A stretch of 59,555 nucleotides of DNA, filler included, from Globobulimina sp. (taxonomy: Eukaryota): the NCBI GenBank assembly GCA_003354225.1. It is 10 parts of 10 records of this genome, joined end to end, with 100 filler letters (N's around TTAATTAATTAA, not from the genome) between each part and the next. Parts side by side here need not be neighbours in the genome. Positions count along the whole stretch, not along the records: positions 53,708 to 59,555 come from PIVH01000421.1; 9 more parts are not named here. The stretch is one strand, 5' to 3'. Positions within the stretch are counted from its first letter, which is position 1. Each line of letters starts with the position of its first letter. Shown one piece after another: positions 59,387 through 59,555 of the stretch. Both the position numbers and the translations under genes were made by a program. The notes under the pieces were generated by a model. It saw only the letters and a program-made list of their open reading frames with translations, ran no database searches and had not been told where the DNA came from.

Positions 59387-59555
59387 AGAGGTTGAGAAGT
59401 TGAGAGGTTCAGAAGTTTATGCGTTGAGAGGTTGGGATGTTGAGAAGTTGGTGGATAAAAGTATCGTAGAATTGGATTCTTGTTTCATTAATAATTCAAC
59501 TTCTGAACCTCTCAACTTCTGAACGCATAAACCTCCGAACCTCTCAACCTCTCAA
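59387..59555. repeat. inverted-repeat element built from ~9-bp subrepeats (GTTGAGAAG/GTTGAGAGG)
   Basis: The left arm (~59387-59451) is complementary to the right arm (~59496-59555, CTTCTCAAC/CCTCTCAAC-like units). Both share the TTTATGCGTT/AACGCATAAA variant. Confidence 0.75.

Overview
This is not one genomic locus. It is ten unrelated contigs of about 5.85 kb (5887, 5885, 5882, 5868, 5862, 5862, 5860, 5853, 5848, 5848 bp, sorted by size) joined by artificial 100-bp spacers (N44-TTAATTAATTAA-N44), so adjacency across spacers has no biological meaning. The DNA is AT-rich, gene-dense and eukaryotic, with short (about 55-85 nt) GT-AG introns and the standard genetic code. The overall style suggests a protist such as a foraminiferan/rhizarian, which is an inference only. 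Recognisable genes: EXO1, a C-terminally incomplete DUS3, a giant VLIG/GB1-type GTPase, a PLS/E-type PPR protein, YjjX-like ITPase/XTPase, prolyl 4-hydroxylase, an EF-hand/SAM/discoidin protein, a CAP-Gly protein, a truncated RAI1/DXO-like gene, a Gag-like CCHC ORF, anoctamin, YiaA, DedA/TMEM64, a GT23-like fucosyltransferase, a double-bromodomain protein, an S10 carboxypeptidase and an intact-ORF non-LTR retrotransposon (APE-RT-RNase H). The most striking items are (1) a spliced gene fusing a RelA/SpoT-type nucleotidyltransferase domain to a 14-3-3 domain that keeps its phosphopeptide-binding residues, (2) a ~1490-aa UBA / ADP-ribosyltransferase / ankyrin / HSPA12-type Hsp70 fusion, and (3) a long-TIR foldback element carrying a tRNA-like insert. 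All domain calls come from motif recognition by eye, with no database searches.
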